This document shows positions 7,340 to 18,565 of a DNA stretch of 64,000 nucleotides, in pieces. Location of the stretch: contig JAEWEG010000058.1 in assembly GCA_023389575.1 (NCBI GenBank), positions 15,764 to 79,763 on the forward strand, given 5' to 3'. Source of the DNA: Chloroflexota bacterium (lineage in GTDB: Bacteria; Chloroflexota; Chloroflexia; Thermomicrobiales; UBA6265). A model generated the notes under the pieces. That model saw nothing but the letters and a program-made list of their open reading frames with translations. It did not search any database and was not told where the DNA came from. The translations under genes and the position numbers were made by a program. Position 1 is the first letter of the stretch. The number at the start of each line of letters is the position of its first letter.

Positions 7340-8809
7340 CTAGGCGTCATCCAGGGCATTGGTGTCGGGAAGGGCACACACCAGCCGACCCACCTGACGA
7401 CCCATGGCCAGCCCGGTGTCATTGTCGATCACGTAGTGCAGCCCAGCCCAAAGCCGGGAGGAAGCCGCTTCCCAGGCACGGTTGGCCATCTCGTCGGCGA
7501 CATCCGGAAAGTAGTGCCCCATCACGGTCGTAGCCGATCCCATTACCGCTGAGTAGCCCGACGGGTATGCAGGGTAGGGATTCGTCGAGACCAAGGGCAC
7601 CAGGTTTGGATCCACGGTCACCGGACGAGCCGTCCACCAGGTGAACTTTGCGTCCCACACGGCAACCAGGGCGTCGGCGATGGCGACATAAACGTCGGCC
7701 AGGATCTGGGCAGCCAGGGGAGAGTTCACACCCTCCTTGCGGATCAAATCCCGAGTCCAACCACCGATGAGTGCTCCCGAGTTGGCGGTGCCCCACCATA
7801 TGGCCGCCCGCTCCTGCTCGAAGGTGAGATTGGCCGCACACTCCTGAACCATCTTGAGCTCGGCCTCCCAGATCTGTGACCCGTACTCCGGGGGCGGAGC
7901 GGGTCGGACCTGATCACCGCTGGTCATCACCCACGTCTTCCAGGTTCCGGCCATGGGAAAGTACGGCGGGTCGATGAACGCTGGGGGCGTCGGTTGCCAG
8001 TACCCCGGGCCAGTGGGCCTTGTGGACGGGTCCCACTCCGCGTCGGTGCCATCGGTCTCGGCCCGTGCTATCGCCTTTGCGGCGACTGCCTGTCCGATCT
8101 CCAGCCCGGCGTCGATGTCACTACGGAAGGCGGCTCCCGCCGCGATGCGAGATTCAGTCGCCTCGGAGACGAGCGTGTCGAACCGGCTCGGGTCCACATC
8201 CGGCAATAAGTACGCCAGGATCGCGGCGGAGGCACTTGCGATGGCCGCGTGCTCCGAAGGAAACGACGGTCGTTGCGGGTCTACTCCGGGCGCCGGCGTA
8301 ATGGCACTACTGATCGCTCCGGGGCTGGGCCGCGCGATGGCCTCCTGTGCGTCCCAGCAGGCGATCGCGGCATCGTGCAGGGCGGTATGAATGGTTGCCA
8401 TGAAGCGTCGAAGGGTCATGCCACCGACCTCGAACTCGATGCTGAATTCCTCCGCCAATTGGGACCAGGCGAGGACCGCGGGACCATTGCCCCACCGTGA
8501 GATGGCGGCAATCATCTGGTCCGACGGAGCGGCCTGCGCCGCGACGACTTCATCGATCTCCGCCTGCGTTGGTGCTCCAGGGCCTGCGGGACGCAGTTCG
8601 TCGGGTGAGGACAAGAGCCAGGTACGCCAGCCGCTGGGCGCGGAGGTGGGCGTGGCATCCTGCCAGCCATTGAGGCGTTCGGCGTCGGGTTGCGCCTTGA
8701 CGCTGTGTTGGACGGTCATCGGAAGGAGCGTTGCTCCGGCCAGACTCGAGCCGACCAAAAGACGACGCGTAAACCGTGATGTTGCCGCGGATGGTCCAGA
8801 CATGGACAT
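7340..8809 (-). CDS. Tat-exported PAP2-superfamily / vanadium haloperoxidase-like protein
   Basis: Motifs K-x6-RP (KFTWWTARP), PSGY (in place of PSGH) and SR-x5-H-x3-D (SRLWAGLHYVID). Twin-arginine leader SRFTRRLLVGSSLAGA. ORF extends to 8857. Confidence 0.7.
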   Translation of the reverse strand: MSMSGPSAATSRFTRRLLVGSSLAGATLLPMTVQHSVKAQPDAERLNGWQDATPTSAPSGWRTWLLSSPDELRPAGPGAPTQAEIDEVVAAQAAPSDQMIAAISRWGNGPAVLAWSQLAEEFSIEFEVGGMTLRRFMATIHTALHDAAIACWDAQEAIARPSPGAISSAITPAPGVDPQRPSFPSEHAAIASASAAILAYLLPDVDPSRFDTLVSEATESRIAAGAAFRSDIDAGLEIGQAVAAKAIARAETDGTDAEWDPSTRPTGPGYWQPTPPAFIDPPYFPMAGTWKTWVMTSGDQVRPAPPPEYGSQIWEAELKMVQECAANLTFEQERAAIWWGTANSGALIGGWTRDLIRKEGVNSPLAAQILADVYVAIADALVAVWDAKFTWWTARPVTVDPNLVPLVSTNPYPAYPSGYSAVMGSATTVMGHYFPDVADEMANRAWEAASSRLWAGLHYVIDNDTGLAMGRQVGRLVCALPDTNALDDA

Positions 8810-8880
8810 ACTCCAGATTGGGGCTTGTGAGTCAGTTAGAGTCGAGGCGGGGCACATTCGTCAGCCGGAGGGGAACCCCT

Positions 8881-9414
8881 CTACATGTCGTGGGACGTCA
8901 TGCGTGGCGCGCCCTCGGTCAGAAGTTGCGCTGAGTTGACGACGACTGGTTCGGAGCCCAGGCCCAGGGCGGTATGGACGACATCCTCCTCATACGAGAT
9001 GGAGTCTCCAGTCTCCAGGATGATTTCTGTCCCCGGCTCGCTCACGGCTTCGGCAGGTTGAGGATTCGACGAAGCCGCGCCGCGCACGACGTGAGCCGTC
9101 CCTTCCAGAAGTGTCCAGCTCCACGTGCCCGAGACGACACCATCGAGGGTGGTGCCAGGGTGATGGTGCGCGTGGATCTCGGCACCCGGCTGAAAGGTGA
9201 ACCGGGCTACGTACAACGTCTGGCCAGGCGCACGTAACGAGGGAGAGGCCGCCAGAACCTCCGCGACGACCCCTGGAGCAATCTCAGTTCCAGCAATTGG
9301 CCCACTTGCCGGAGTCGCCTCCTGTGCGCCGGCCCGCGCGAGGTCACCGAGATAGAAGGTCGCCCCGACGATGCTGGCTCCACCGAGAACGGTTCGACGA
9401 CTGATGTTACGCAT
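8881..9414 (-). CDS. Tat-exported cupin-domain protein
   Basis: MRNISRRTVLGGASIVGA leader; cupin-like HAHHHPG...G...H core. Confidence 0.6.
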   Translation of the reverse strand: MRNISRRTVLGGASIVGATFYLGDLARAGAQEATPASGPIAGTEIAPGVVAEVLAASPSLRAPGQTLYVARFTFQPGAEIHAHHHPGTTLDGVVSGTWSWTLLEGTAHVVRGAASSNPQPAEAVSEPGTEIILETGDSISYEEDVVHTALGLGSEPVVVNSAQLLTEGAPRMTSHDM

Positions 9415-10350
9415 TACAGATTCTCCTTCTTCAAAACGTTGATACGCGCGCTGAACGAGAACCGTAGGCTCTCATGAGCGAAAGGACCCGAGACCCTTAC
9501 TATGAATGGGGAGTGAGTGCGGTGCGCCTATCGAAAGGCATATATCGCCGCGGCTTCATCTAAAGGTGTCTATGACCAGAGTCATATATGCCGGCGCATT
9601 CCATCTCGTTCGAGGATTACGACCTCCGATAGCCGCCCCGCGACCGCGTATGTCGACTACGTCTCCACCTTCGACGTGGCGGATCCCCGATCACCACCAG
9701 CAACCTCACTCTGGGTGACGACCAGGTCGCCGCTGACGCCGAGGGGATGGATCCTCGGCTGACATCGGAAACCCCGGTAGCCGAGCGGGGCTTCCGGTGC
9801 GGATATGCCAACGCGCGGATCGCCTGGAGTCGGAGCCACCAGCGAAGCCGCATGGGTTCCACAACCCCATGCGGCACGAGCACATCACGGCCGTCACCGA
9901 TATCGAAGGGTTGATCGCATCCGCCCGTGATCGGCTTGGGACCACCCAGGCGGCATTGGCTGGCATCCTGGTCTCCTGGTGGATGCATGCCGCCGACCTG
10001 CTGTCGCAAACGTCGAAGCAACGTTCAGGACAAGGCACGAACTCGGCGGTCGCTCCTGTGCTGACCGCTCGCGTCCGCGTCGCGGCATGACAACGTAGAG
10101 CTCCCCCGGGGGGTGAACGTGCGTCAGCGGATCAAGAGCCGGGACGGGAGTCAGCGAGGGAACCAGGCTTCACGGTGCGCCGTGTGACCGTGGGTGGAAT
10201 CGGTCTACCGCGTCGGGTGGGAGTCGTGACCGAGGAGTTGAAGGCCGTCGGCTTCTCCACCGTGGGCACGCCGATCACATGGAGCAGGCGTGCCCCTGTC
10301 GAGGCCATCCAGCGCACCTTGAGGGCGCGCCTCGTCCATCTCGCTGCTCG

Positions 10351-11856
10351 CTATGAAATGGCCTCGTTAACTCTTTGGACGATTGCGTCGGCTCCATCCT
10401 TGGTCGATGCGTAGCCACCGGTGGTCAGCTTGCCAAGCTCGACAGCTATCACGTCGGTCGCGATCGACGGCCATTGGGGTAAATGGGGTTGGCTTCCCAT
10501 CCGGTTCTCGATGGTTTCCAGCATTGCATCAAAGTGGCGGGTGGTGCCGACGCCGACCTGCTTCAATGCCGCGATCCGCGGGTCGTTATACGTGGAGCGC
10601 CGCAACGGGCCAGCGCCCCCGCCGAGGATCGAGGCACGGGTCTGCGTGTCTGAACTGGTGGCCCACTGCAGGAAGATCCAGGCGGCATCGGCTTCCTTCG
10701 AATAGCGTGACAGACAGTAGGAGCTGCCGCCCTGATGTCCGACTTCTGGCACTTCTTCAAAGCCGGCGTGATCCGGGGAGCGCAATGTCACCGCGGCCGG
10801 TGGCACGGCCGGCTGCATCAAGCCGGCGATCTGAGATGTGCTCGGGTCGTCCCAGGTTGGAAAATCTTCGCTCCAGGTCAGCACCTGACCGGCCTGTCCC
10901 TGCTGAACCGCCCTGGCCTGCCCAGCCCAGTCGTAAGTGGTGGCGGCATCGGGCATGTACATCTGCAACTCGCGCAGATAGTCGAGGCCGTCGATTGCCT
11001 CGGCGTCATTCAGCGCGCACTGGCCGTCGGCGGTGAAGATCGAGCCTCCATGTCCCCACAGGTACGTGGCCATGTCGCAGGTGAGCGAGTAATGCCCGCT
11101 CTTCATCTGACCAACCGTGCCGTAAACGCCCGTCGAGCTCAGCGCCTCGTTGATCACTTTGGCATTGGCGAGGAACTCGACCAGCGTCGCCGCCGGTTCG
11201 AGCCTCAATTCCTCATAAACATCGGCGCGGTACATGTAGAGAAAGATCGGCACGTCGCACGGCAAGCCAATCATCTTGCTGTCATATGAGACCACGTGGT
11301 GGATGATTGGCTGAAGGAAGTCGTTGATATCGTAGTCGGGGAAGGCCAGGTCTGGCTTCTGCTCCAGCATTTCGCGTGGATCCACCATGTCATTGATGAA
11401 GCGACCAACCCACGACTGGTCGACGTAATAGATGTCGTTCTGGCCCAGCTGCTGGGCTGCATCGGCGCTGAGCGTGGAGAGCACCTCCGCGAGCGGCACG
11501 ACCTCCCATTCAACGTTGATCCCTGTCAGCGGGATGAATTGCTCCTCCATCAGGGCGCGGATCGCGGCCCCGGGAGGCGTATCCTCCGTAATGACCTTGA
11601 TCGTCGTTCCCTTGAACTGCCCGCCGACATCGGTCAGGTAGCTGATCACGTCGGTCGGGACCGGTGAAGCCTGAACCAGGTTTCGCGCTGGCGAAGGTGG
11701 GTTCGCCAGCGTTGGGCGAGTGCTCGCCGCTCCAAGGGCGACTCCCGCCATGCCCAGGTATTTCAAGAGATACCGTCGACTGAGTTGACCCTGCCGGTGG
11801 GCGTTAATTGCCGCGTGGATGAGCATCTTGTCGTCGTAATCGGTTGTCGGTTTCAT
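10351..11856 (-). CDS. ABC transporter extracellular solute-binding protein (family 1, sugar-type), orphan
   Basis: 501 aa, Tat-like leader SRRYLLKYLGMAGVALGAAS, SBP-like composition. No permease or ATPase genes adjacent. Confidence 0.65.
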   Translation of the reverse strand: MKPTTDYDDKMLIHAAINAHRQGQLSRRYLLKYLGMAGVALGAASTRPTLANPPSPARNLVQASPVPTDVISYLTDVGGQFKGTTIKVITEDTPPGAAIRALMEEQFIPLTGINVEWEVVPLAEVLSTLSADAAQQLGQNDIYYVDQSWVGRFINDMVDPREMLEQKPDLAFPDYDINDFLQPIIHHVVSYDSKMIGLPCDVPIFLYMYRADVYEELRLEPAATLVEFLANAKVINEALSSTGVYGTVGQMKSGHYSLTCDMATYLWGHGGSIFTADGQCALNDAEAIDGLDYLRELQMYMPDAATTYDWAGQARAVQQGQAGQVLTWSEDFPTWDDPSTSQIAGLMQPAVPPAAVTLRSPDHAGFEEVPEVGHQGGSSYCLSRYSKEADAAWIFLQWATSSDTQTRASILGGGAGPLRRSTYNDPRIAALKQVGVGTTRHFDAMLETIENRMGSQPHLPQWPSIATDVIAVELGKLTTGGYASTKDGADAIVQRVNEAIS

Positions 11857-12135
11857 CTGGATGTCCTTCGCTCACCAAAGTGGATGCGTATGCTCGAGCA
11901 TTTCGCTGGCCAATCGTCCAGGAACCGAGAAAAACGTATCCGTTCAATGGGCTCCATCGGCGGGGTTACCGGGTGATTAGCATGGGTGGATCATTGCGGG
12001 GGGCGGGACCCTGTCCGCGAAGGGTGACCCCGTAGTCCGCGGGATCGCGACGCAAGGTCGGTAGGGGTACACGACGGACCGTCGTCATTTCCCAACGCGT
12101 GGGCTGCTCCTACCTACGATTTGGCCATGGCGCGC

Positions 12136-12669
12136 CTAAAGTGTCAGGCGTTCGCCGATGCCGGTGTACGGGGTGCTGTCAAGCACGGCTCCGTCTGCAT
12201 CCTGGGTTTCAGACGTGCCCGTCGCGGTGAACTGGTTGCCGGTGGCGTCGAACTCGAGCGCGAGTCGCCAAACCGTTATCGGCTTGGCCTCGTACACGTT
12301 ACACGGCACGATCGCGTCCGCTTCTCTGAATAGGCCGGCAAGCGAGATCAACTCATTGGTGACGATGACAAGGTCGGCCGATTGGTCCCCGGTGGCGCGC
12401 CATTCTCCGACGCTCACGAGACGACCATACCAGGCATCCGCGTAGGTTCCCGCCTCGGTCAAGATGCCGTATGAGATGTCGCTATTTGGTTCGCCTGGAT
12501 AATTCGTCCACCGCCACACTCCGACGGCCGGGTGGCTGGGTTGCGGCAGGGGCGTGCCTTCCTGGGCAGAGGCAGTCATGCCGCCGCTGGTCAGGGCTAC
12601 CGCAAGCGCACTGGCGCCGATACCCAACAGAGCTCCACGACGCGTGAGACCTTGATTGATGTTCGACAC
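12136..12669 (-). CDS. Tat-exported hypothetical protein
   Basis: LTRRGALLGIGASALAVA leader; no recognisable domain. Confidence 0.5.
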   Translation of the reverse strand: MSNINQGLTRRGALLGIGASALAVALTSGGMTASAQEGTPLPQPSHPAVGVWRWTNYPGEPNSDISYGILTEAGTYADAWYGRLVSVGEWRATGDQSADLVIVTNELISLAGLFREADAIVPCNVYEAKPITVWRLALEFDATGNQFTATGTSETQDADGAVLDSTPYTGIGERLTL

Positions 12670-12932
12670 CTTCGGTTTCTCCTTAATCCAGCCCAGTTCA
12701 GGAACACCAGTCCCGCACTACGAATGGCGGGCGAACGCAAACGGTGATCCCTCACCGAAGCTTTGCTGTCTGAGATGGGCTCACTATAGGGGTGGAGAGA
12801 TACCGGCGCCTCTGTCGAAAGTCGTATATCACGGACTGCTCCTCATGCGCCCGTGTAGGCCTTAAGGTATAGACTCCGATTGATGAGGAGCCATCACGCC
12901 AGGATCGTTTCGTGCGATCAGGTGCGGGTGGT

Positions 12933-15272
12933 TCAGGCGAGGCCGTGGCGGTGAGCATAGTCCGCGGCGGCGGCGCGCGACGTCACATCCAGCTTGGCGA
13001 GGATGTGGGTGACGTGGACCTTGACGGTGCCCACGCTGAGGAACAGGGCGTCGGCGATGTCCTGGTTCGACCTACCGGCGGCCACCAGCTTTAGGACGTC
13101 GCGCTCACGCGGCGTGAGCATGGGACCGGAACGAAGCGGCGCCTGGGACGACGGCCCACGAGTCGGCAGGGCGAGTGCCGCGGCGATTCCGGCGTCGAGA
13201 TCGGCGTTCCTGACCGCTGCCTGCATCACCCTGAAGCGATCCTCGCCCACGGCGTCAATGATCATGCGCAGGGCGAGCTCGTGATCGTCGCGAATGTGAG
13301 GCGTCAGGGGGGCACCGGTGAGCTCCCTGCACTGAGCAGCCAGCGACATCAGGTGGGCAGCCTGGTCCGCCTGCGCCTGGGCGGCGACGTTGACCGCCAA
13401 ACCGGCGAGGCTCCAGGAGACGTTCTCGAAATCTCGATGCTCCCAGTTTAGCGCGAGGCACTCCTGATACAGGCGCGTCGCGCTGGTGAGGTTACCCTCG
13501 GCCCGGGCCACGTCCGCGAGGTGACCAGGAATGCACCGTGCCAGCCCCCAGGCAAAGCCGAGCGATTGCCTCATCGTCAGTGCGTCGCGCAAGAACGCCG
13601 TTGCCTGGGGGTAGTGGCCCTCCTTGAACGCAACCAGCCCAAGGTGATGCAGGCTGAGCGCCAGCCCGGGTTGGTCCTCGCACCGCTCGAATCGCTTCCT
13701 TGCGGCATCAAACCAGGCGCGGGCAGGATCCAGATCTCCGGCGTCCCAGGCCATGCGGCCAAGAGCCAACTCGACGTGGCCGATCATCTCCTGATCGCCG
13801 GCATCGCGATAGCGCCTCAAGGCGTCGGCAAAGTGGGCGGCGGCTTCGGCAATGTCGCCATGCATGTACGCAAGGGTGCCCGCGCAATAGACCGCCTTCC
13901 GGATCGCCGCGTCAGAGACATGGTGATCGAGAGCCAGCGCGCGCTTTACCCAGTTTCGTCCATCCTCGGAGTGAAATCGATACTGCCACAGCGGCAGTAG
14001 GGCACCGCAGAGGGCGACCGCTAGCTCGGCCTCTTCCTGCTCGAGAGTCCAGGCGAGCGCACTGTGGAAATTGCCTTGTTCCTCCTCAAGCAGGTCCAGC
14101 CAATCCTGCCGTTCGGGGGTGTTCAGACTTGCCTCGACCCGCTCCGCGAGGGAAAGGAACCAGATGGCGTGCCGGCGCGGGACCGCATGGGCTTCGTCGC
14201 TCTGCTCGAGGCATTCGACGCCGAACTCTCGCACCGTTTCGAGCATTGTGTAGCGCGACTCTCCGGCGGGGGAGTCGATGCGCCGGACCAGGCTGTTCGC
14301 GACGAGTGTTCGGAGTTCCCGCAGGACATCGACGGAGTCATCGCCGCAAACCTCTGCGATGGCATCAAGGGTGCACCCTCCACTGAAGGCCGCGATCCTC
14401 CGGAACAGCACTTTCGACGGCGCATCGAGCAGCCCGTGGCTCCACTCGATCGTCTCCCGCAGGCTGCGCTGCCGCGCCACGAGCGACGCGCCGCCTGGCA
14501 GTGCCAGCCTTCTATCGAGTTGGGTCAGGAGCGTGTCCAGCGAGAGCACGGAGACCCACGAAGCGGCCAACTCGATCGCCAGGGGCAAGCCGTCGAGCCG
14601 CTGGCAGATGGCGAGGATAGTGTCGGCATTCGAGCTGGTGAGGGTAAAGTCGGCATTGTGCGCACGAGCCCGATCGACGAACAGCCGGCAGGCCTCAAGA
14701 CCGACTGCTTCCGTTTCGGCTGTGGAAGAAAGCGTCGCCGGCAGCGAGAACGGGCGAATGTCCACCACGTGCTCGCCGGGGATCCCGAGCACTGCTCGGC
14801 TGGTGACCAGCAATGTCACGCGGGAGCATGCGTCCAGGAGATCGGCGACCGAGGAGGCAGCCGGCAGAACCTGTTCGAAGTTGTCGAGCGTTAGGAGGTA
14901 CGAGTCCTGCCGCAACACCGATGTGAACTGCTCGAGCGCGGTGCGGCCATCTGGCCGAATGCCGAGCGAGGCGGCGATGGTGGGCAGGACAAGCGCCGGC
15001 TGCTGAACGTCGGACAGGTCGACGAACCGAATGGCGGGAGACGCCTGGGCGACCGCGCGGATCGCGATCCGAGTCTTGCCGACGCCGCCGGGCCCGGTCA
15101 GGGTGACGATCCGAACATCGTCGCGGCGCAAGAGCGTCTGAACGAGTTCGACTTCTCGCTCGCGGCCGATAAACGACGTACGTGGCGCCGGCAGCAGGGT
15201 CGTTTCCGGCGGTCGGTCACTCAGGGAATGAAGGAGGCTGATCGGACTATCCCGCAGTGACTCAGATGACAA
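12933..15272 (-). CDS. STAND-type (P-loop NTPase + TPR) LuxR-family transcriptional regulator
   Basis: Walker [12 protein letters not shown]-like helical repeats, C-terminal LuxR HTH ([40 protein letters not shown]). Confidence 0.85.
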   Translation of the reverse strand: MSSESLRDSPISLLHSLSDRPPETTLLPAPRTSFIGREREVELVQTLLRRDDVRIVTLTGPGGVGKTRIAIRAVAQASPAIRFVDLSDVQQPALVLPTIAASLGIRPDGRTALEQFTSVLRQDSYLLTLDNFEQVLPAASSVADLLDACSRVTLLVTSRAVLGIPGEHVVDIRPFSLPATLSSTAETEAVGLEACRLFVDRARAHNADFTLTSSNADTILAICQRLDGLPLAIELAASWVSVLSLDTLLTQLDRRLALPGGASLVARQRSLRETIEWSHGLLDAPSKVLFRRIAAFSGGCTLDAIAEVCGDDSVDVLRELRTLVANSLVRRIDSPAGESRYTMLETVREFGVECLEQSDEAHAVPRRHAIWFLSLAERVEASLNTPERQDWLDLLEEEQGNFHSALAWTLEQEEAELAVALCGALLPLWQYRFHSEDGRNWVKRALALDHHVSDAAIRKAVYCAGTLAYMHGDIAEAAAHFADALRRYRDAGDQEMIGHVELALGRMAWDAGDLDPARAWFDAARKRFERCEDQPGLALSLHHLGLVAFKEGHYPQATAFLRDALTMRQSLGFAWGLARCIPGHLADVARAEGNLTSATRLYQECLALNWEHRDFENVSWSLAGLAVNVAAQAQADQAAHLMSLAAQCRELTGAPLTPHIRDDHELALRMIIDAVGEDRFRVMQAAVRNADLDAGIAAALALPTRGPSSQAPLRSGPMLTPRERDVLKLVAAGRSNQDIADALFLSVGTVKVHVTHILAKLDVTSRAAAADYAHRHGLA

Positions 15273-15959
15273 GGTGGCGCTTCTTTCTTCGAGGAAGCCA
15301 GGTTCCCCAACTCGTCATTTCCTGAATCGCGAAAGGCGAGTGGAGATTCGTACACAACTGCCTTTGCTGGTGTTCCGGTTCACATTGTAGCCGGTTCTTA
15401 TTGCAAGGAGAGGCATCCGCGGGCTGGAATTTTCCCTGCATAGCACTTCCAGCACGTGGAGTCCCGCACGACAACGCCGACCAACATCGCGCCAGGAACC
15501 GGATGTGGTATCCACGATCGCGGGCGATATCGCGGAATTTCCAAAACGTGCCGGGATGCCTCAATATGAGATGCTCAATGAGGGACCGAGACGCTCCGCA
15601 AGATGAGACATATGGATGGCGGGCTTTCATTGTCGAGGTGGTAGGGAAATGACTATTCCGAGAGTGGAATTCGTGCCCGGAGATTGCGTGGACGTTGTCC
15701 CGCAAGTAGGATTCGCTAGAAGGAATCGGATGACAATTTCAGGGACTCCGCCAACGCCTGTCTGGAGAGGCTGGGGCACATCGCTGGCCCTCCCGATGTG
15801 AAGCCCTGAGCGAGGTTCGCACCTCGTTTCCGCATCCGGTCCTCATTGTCAGGACATGGCGAGTGGGCTGTCTGGGGTCCGCGACAACCCGCACGGGTAC
15901 TTCCGCGTAGATGCACATATTCCCGCCGACGTTGGCGGGTTCTTGAAAGGACACCGCTC

Positions 15960-17414
15960 GTGCTGCGTACATGCGTGGATCTCGGCCGTTTCCTCGGACT
16001 GGCACTGTTGCTCGTTGGCGCACAGACGGTTATTGCTCAGGAAACCCCGACGGCATCGTCTGACGGGATCACCGTGGCGGCAAGCGCGCTGGACGCTCCA
16101 CGCGGCGTCGCGTGGGGACCGGACGGCACGATGTTCGTGGCTCAGGCGGGCCATTCCGGCCAGAGCCAGGCGACGCCCTCGGCGACCTCGCAACCAGTTG
16201 GTGGCCTCGCTGGAAGCGTCGTTCGGGTGCGGGAGTCCTGCCCAGTGGTGTATCAGGACGCGCTTCCCTCCAGCGGAGGGGAGGGAGGCTACGATCTCGG
16301 GCCGTCAGGTCTCGTGTACCTTTCGGGCCAGCTCTACCTGCTGGACGAGGGAGGTGGCGCCTCTCACGGGAATCCGCTTACGCCGGACGGTGTGTACCGA
16401 ATCGATGGAAGCGGGAGCGCCGTGGTGGTGGCCGACATCGGAAAATGGGTACAGGCCAACCCCGTGGAGGTGCTCCCTGAGGACTTCGACCCCGATGGAG
16501 ATGTGACGGACATGGTCGTCTCCGGGAACGACCTCCTCGTGACGGAAAGCAACAGCCGTCAACTTCTCACCGTGTCGCTCGATGGAGAGATTTCCCGCCT
16601 CGCCGATTTCTCCGGCTCCGAATGGCGACCAACTTCCGTGACCACCGCGAGCGACGGGCGGATATTCGTCGGCATGACCTCGACCAGCGAGTCAGACGGT
16701 ACGTCCAGGGTCGTCCAGATTGGGGCGGAGGGCTCGGTTACCGATGTATGGACTGGGCTCTCGAAGTTGGTCGATGTCGCGGTCGGTCCAGACGGGACGC
16801 TGTTCGCCCTCCAGGCGGGAGACCATGACCCCGAGCAAGTCCTCTCAACCACTCCTGGCACTGGGAGGGTTCTGCGCCAGACTGGGACGGACACCGCCCA
16901 GGAAGTGGCGGTTGGAATCAACCTGCCGACGAGCATGTCGTTCGGGCCGGATCAGGGACTCTACGTGACCACACCGGCGATCGCCCACGAGGCTTCGGCT
17001 GGCGCGGTGATAAGACTCAACCTTCAGCAAGGCCATGTCATGTCGATGAGCGACGACCTTCTGAGGGACAGTCCCTGCATCGACCCGACCCCGGTACCCA
17101 CCGACCAACCAGACGCCAGCTCGACCGCGGCGGCCGAGGCCACACCCGAAGGCGGCGACGCGGCCGGAGGAACGTCGGTTTCCATCGTCTCGTTCGCGTT
17201 CGACCCAGCGTCCGTCACTATTGACGCGGGCACCACCGTGACGTGGACGAACAACGACACGGTGCCGCATACCGTTACCGCCACCGACGGGTCCTTCAAC
17301 TCCGGCAACCTGAACCCTGGGGAGTCGTTCAGCTTCACCTTCGACGAGGCGGGAACGTTTGACTATATCTGCAATTACCACCCGAACATGACGGGAACGG
17401 TCATCGTCGACTAG
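15960..17414 (+). CDS. Secreted beta-propeller protein fused to a C-terminal type-1 copper (cupredoxin/plastocyanin-like) domain
   Basis: Repeated GPDG(T)L(F/Y)V blades. C-terminus TVTWTNNDTVPHTVTA...FDYICNYHPNMTGTVIV carries the H, C, H, M copper ligands. Likely GTG start at 15960 after GAAAGGA, giving a signal peptide (ORF from 15846). Confidence 0.75.
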   Translation: MLRTCVDLGRFLGLALLLVGAQTVIAQETPTASSDGITVAASALDAPRGVAWGPDGTMFVAQAGHSGQSQATPSATSQPVGGLAGSVVRVRESCPVVYQDALPSSGGEGGYDLGPSGLVYLSGQLYLLDEGGGASHGNPLTPDGVYRIDGSGSAVVVADIGKWVQANPVEVLPEDFDPDGDVTDMVVSGNDLLVTESNSRQLLTVSLDGEISRLADFSGSEWRPTSVTTASDGRIFVGMTSTSESDGTSRVVQIGAEGSVTDVWTGLSKLVDVAVGPDGTLFALQAGDHDPEQVLSTTPGTGRVLRQTGTDTAQEVAVGINLPTSMSFGPDQGLYVTTPAIAHEASAGAVIRLNLQQGHVMSMSDDLLRDSPCIDPTPVPTDQPDASSTAAAEATPEGGDAAGGTSVSIVSFAFDPASVTIDAGTTVTWTNNDTVPHTVTATDGSFNSGNLNPGESFSFTFDEAGTFDYICNYHPNMTGTVIVD

Positions 17415-17422
17415 CCCGCGAT

Positions 17423-18565
17423 ATGGGCGACAGGAGCGTGGGAATGACGGATCACAGTCACTCGAATCAACCAGAATCGGCATCGCCGCAAACGGGGCAA
17501 TCCGCAGCCACGCCTTCGGCGGAGGCGTTCGCGTTGGGAGCCGACGAAGAGATCGTGTCGGTCGTCGCGCGGAACCTGGCGAACCCACGCGGATTCACCT
17601 GGGGACCAGACGGCACCCTCTACGTGGCACTGGCGGGAGACGGTCTGACCGCGCCCGCCGGGGACGCGCTCCAGGCCACGAATCGACCCGAGGCTCCGCC
17701 CAGCGTCGTTCGCATCGAGGATGGTGAGGCCATACCAGTCGTCGTAGGGCTGCCATCGACCCAGGATCCCTATGGTGATGTGATGGGCCCGGTGGACGTC
17801 GGCTTTCTGGGTGACCAACTTTACGTCCTTCAGGACGCAGCTGGAGACGTTCCGGACGTCGGACTCCTGTACCCGAACGGTCTGTACACGGTCGACCGAG
17901 GAGAAACACCTCGCCTCGTCAGTAGCTCGACCGCGTACGTTGGGCTCAATCCCGCCGAGAACATCTACCATGTCGTCCCCCTCGGTGAACCATTCGCGAT
18001 GGTGGCCGACCAGGATGGGACCGGCTTCTGGGTGGTCGACGCCAACCAGGGCCTGGTGCTCCACATCTCGCCATCCGGGACCGTGCGCGAGGTCGCCGAC
18101 GTGTCGCTCAACCACCCGGTTCCAACCGCGATCACCCTGGCCCCCGACGGAGGTGTCTATGTCGGGTTCCTCGGTTCTGGCGCGCACCTGGATGGCACCT
18201 CCAAGGTCATCAAGGTCACTCCCGATGGCGAGGTGTCCGACTTCTGGACCGGCCTCACCATGGTGACGGGGTTGTTCGTCGGCCCAGACGGAACCCTTCA
18301 CGCGTTGGAGATGTCCACCGGGAACACGGAGGATCCACCGAATATCTACCCGAACACGGGCCGGATCGTCCGCCAGACCGGGAGCGCGAACCTCGACGTG
18401 TTGGTAACGGGTTTGAACTATCCCATCTCCATGGCCCTGGGCGCCGACGGTGGGATCTATATCTCCGGGCCCGCCATAGCAACCGATGGGAAAGCTGGCG
18501 GAATCATTCGGATCAATCCGGTGGCGGGCGAGCCGATCGCCGTGCCGGCTGATTTCCTCGATTGA
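17423..18565 (+). CDS. Beta-propeller protein (NHL/ScyD-ScyE-like), paralogous to the N-terminal part of the upstream gene
   Basis: WGPDGTLYVALAG, APDGGVYVGF, GPDGTLHALE and GADGGIYISG repeats. No obvious signal peptide. Stop overlaps the next start. Confidence 0.65.
   Translation: MGDRSVGMTDHSHSNQPESASPQTGQSAATPSAEAFALGADEEIVSVVARNLANPRGFTWGPDGTLYVALAGDGLTAPAGDALQATNRPEAPPSVVRIEDGEAIPVVVGLPSTQDPYGDVMGPVDVGFLGDQLYVLQDAAGDVPDVGLLYPNGLYTVDRGETPRLVSSSTAYVGLNPAENIYHVVPLGEPFAMVADQDGTGFWVVDANQGLVLHISPSGTVREVADVSLNHPVPTAITLAPDGGVYVGFLGSGAHLDGTSKVIKVTPDGEVSDFWTGLTMVTGLFVGPDGTLHALEMSTGNTEDPPNIYPNTGRIVRQTGSANLDVLVTGLNYPISMALGADGGIYISGPAIATDGKAGGIIRINPVAGEPIAVPADFLD

Noticed and set aside
9797-10090. 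97-aa ORF with an HTH-like stretch (ARDRLGTTQAALAGILV).
   Set aside because: It is short, has no RBS and overlaps equally long ORFs on the other strand. It may be a gene remnant at best.
15262-15705. 147-aa minus-strand ORF with a vaguely transposase-like stretch (LIEHLILRHPGTFWKFRDIARDRGYH).
   Set aside because: There are no DDE or HTH motifs and no terminal inverted repeats, and it overlaps the LuxR start region. The evidence is insufficient.
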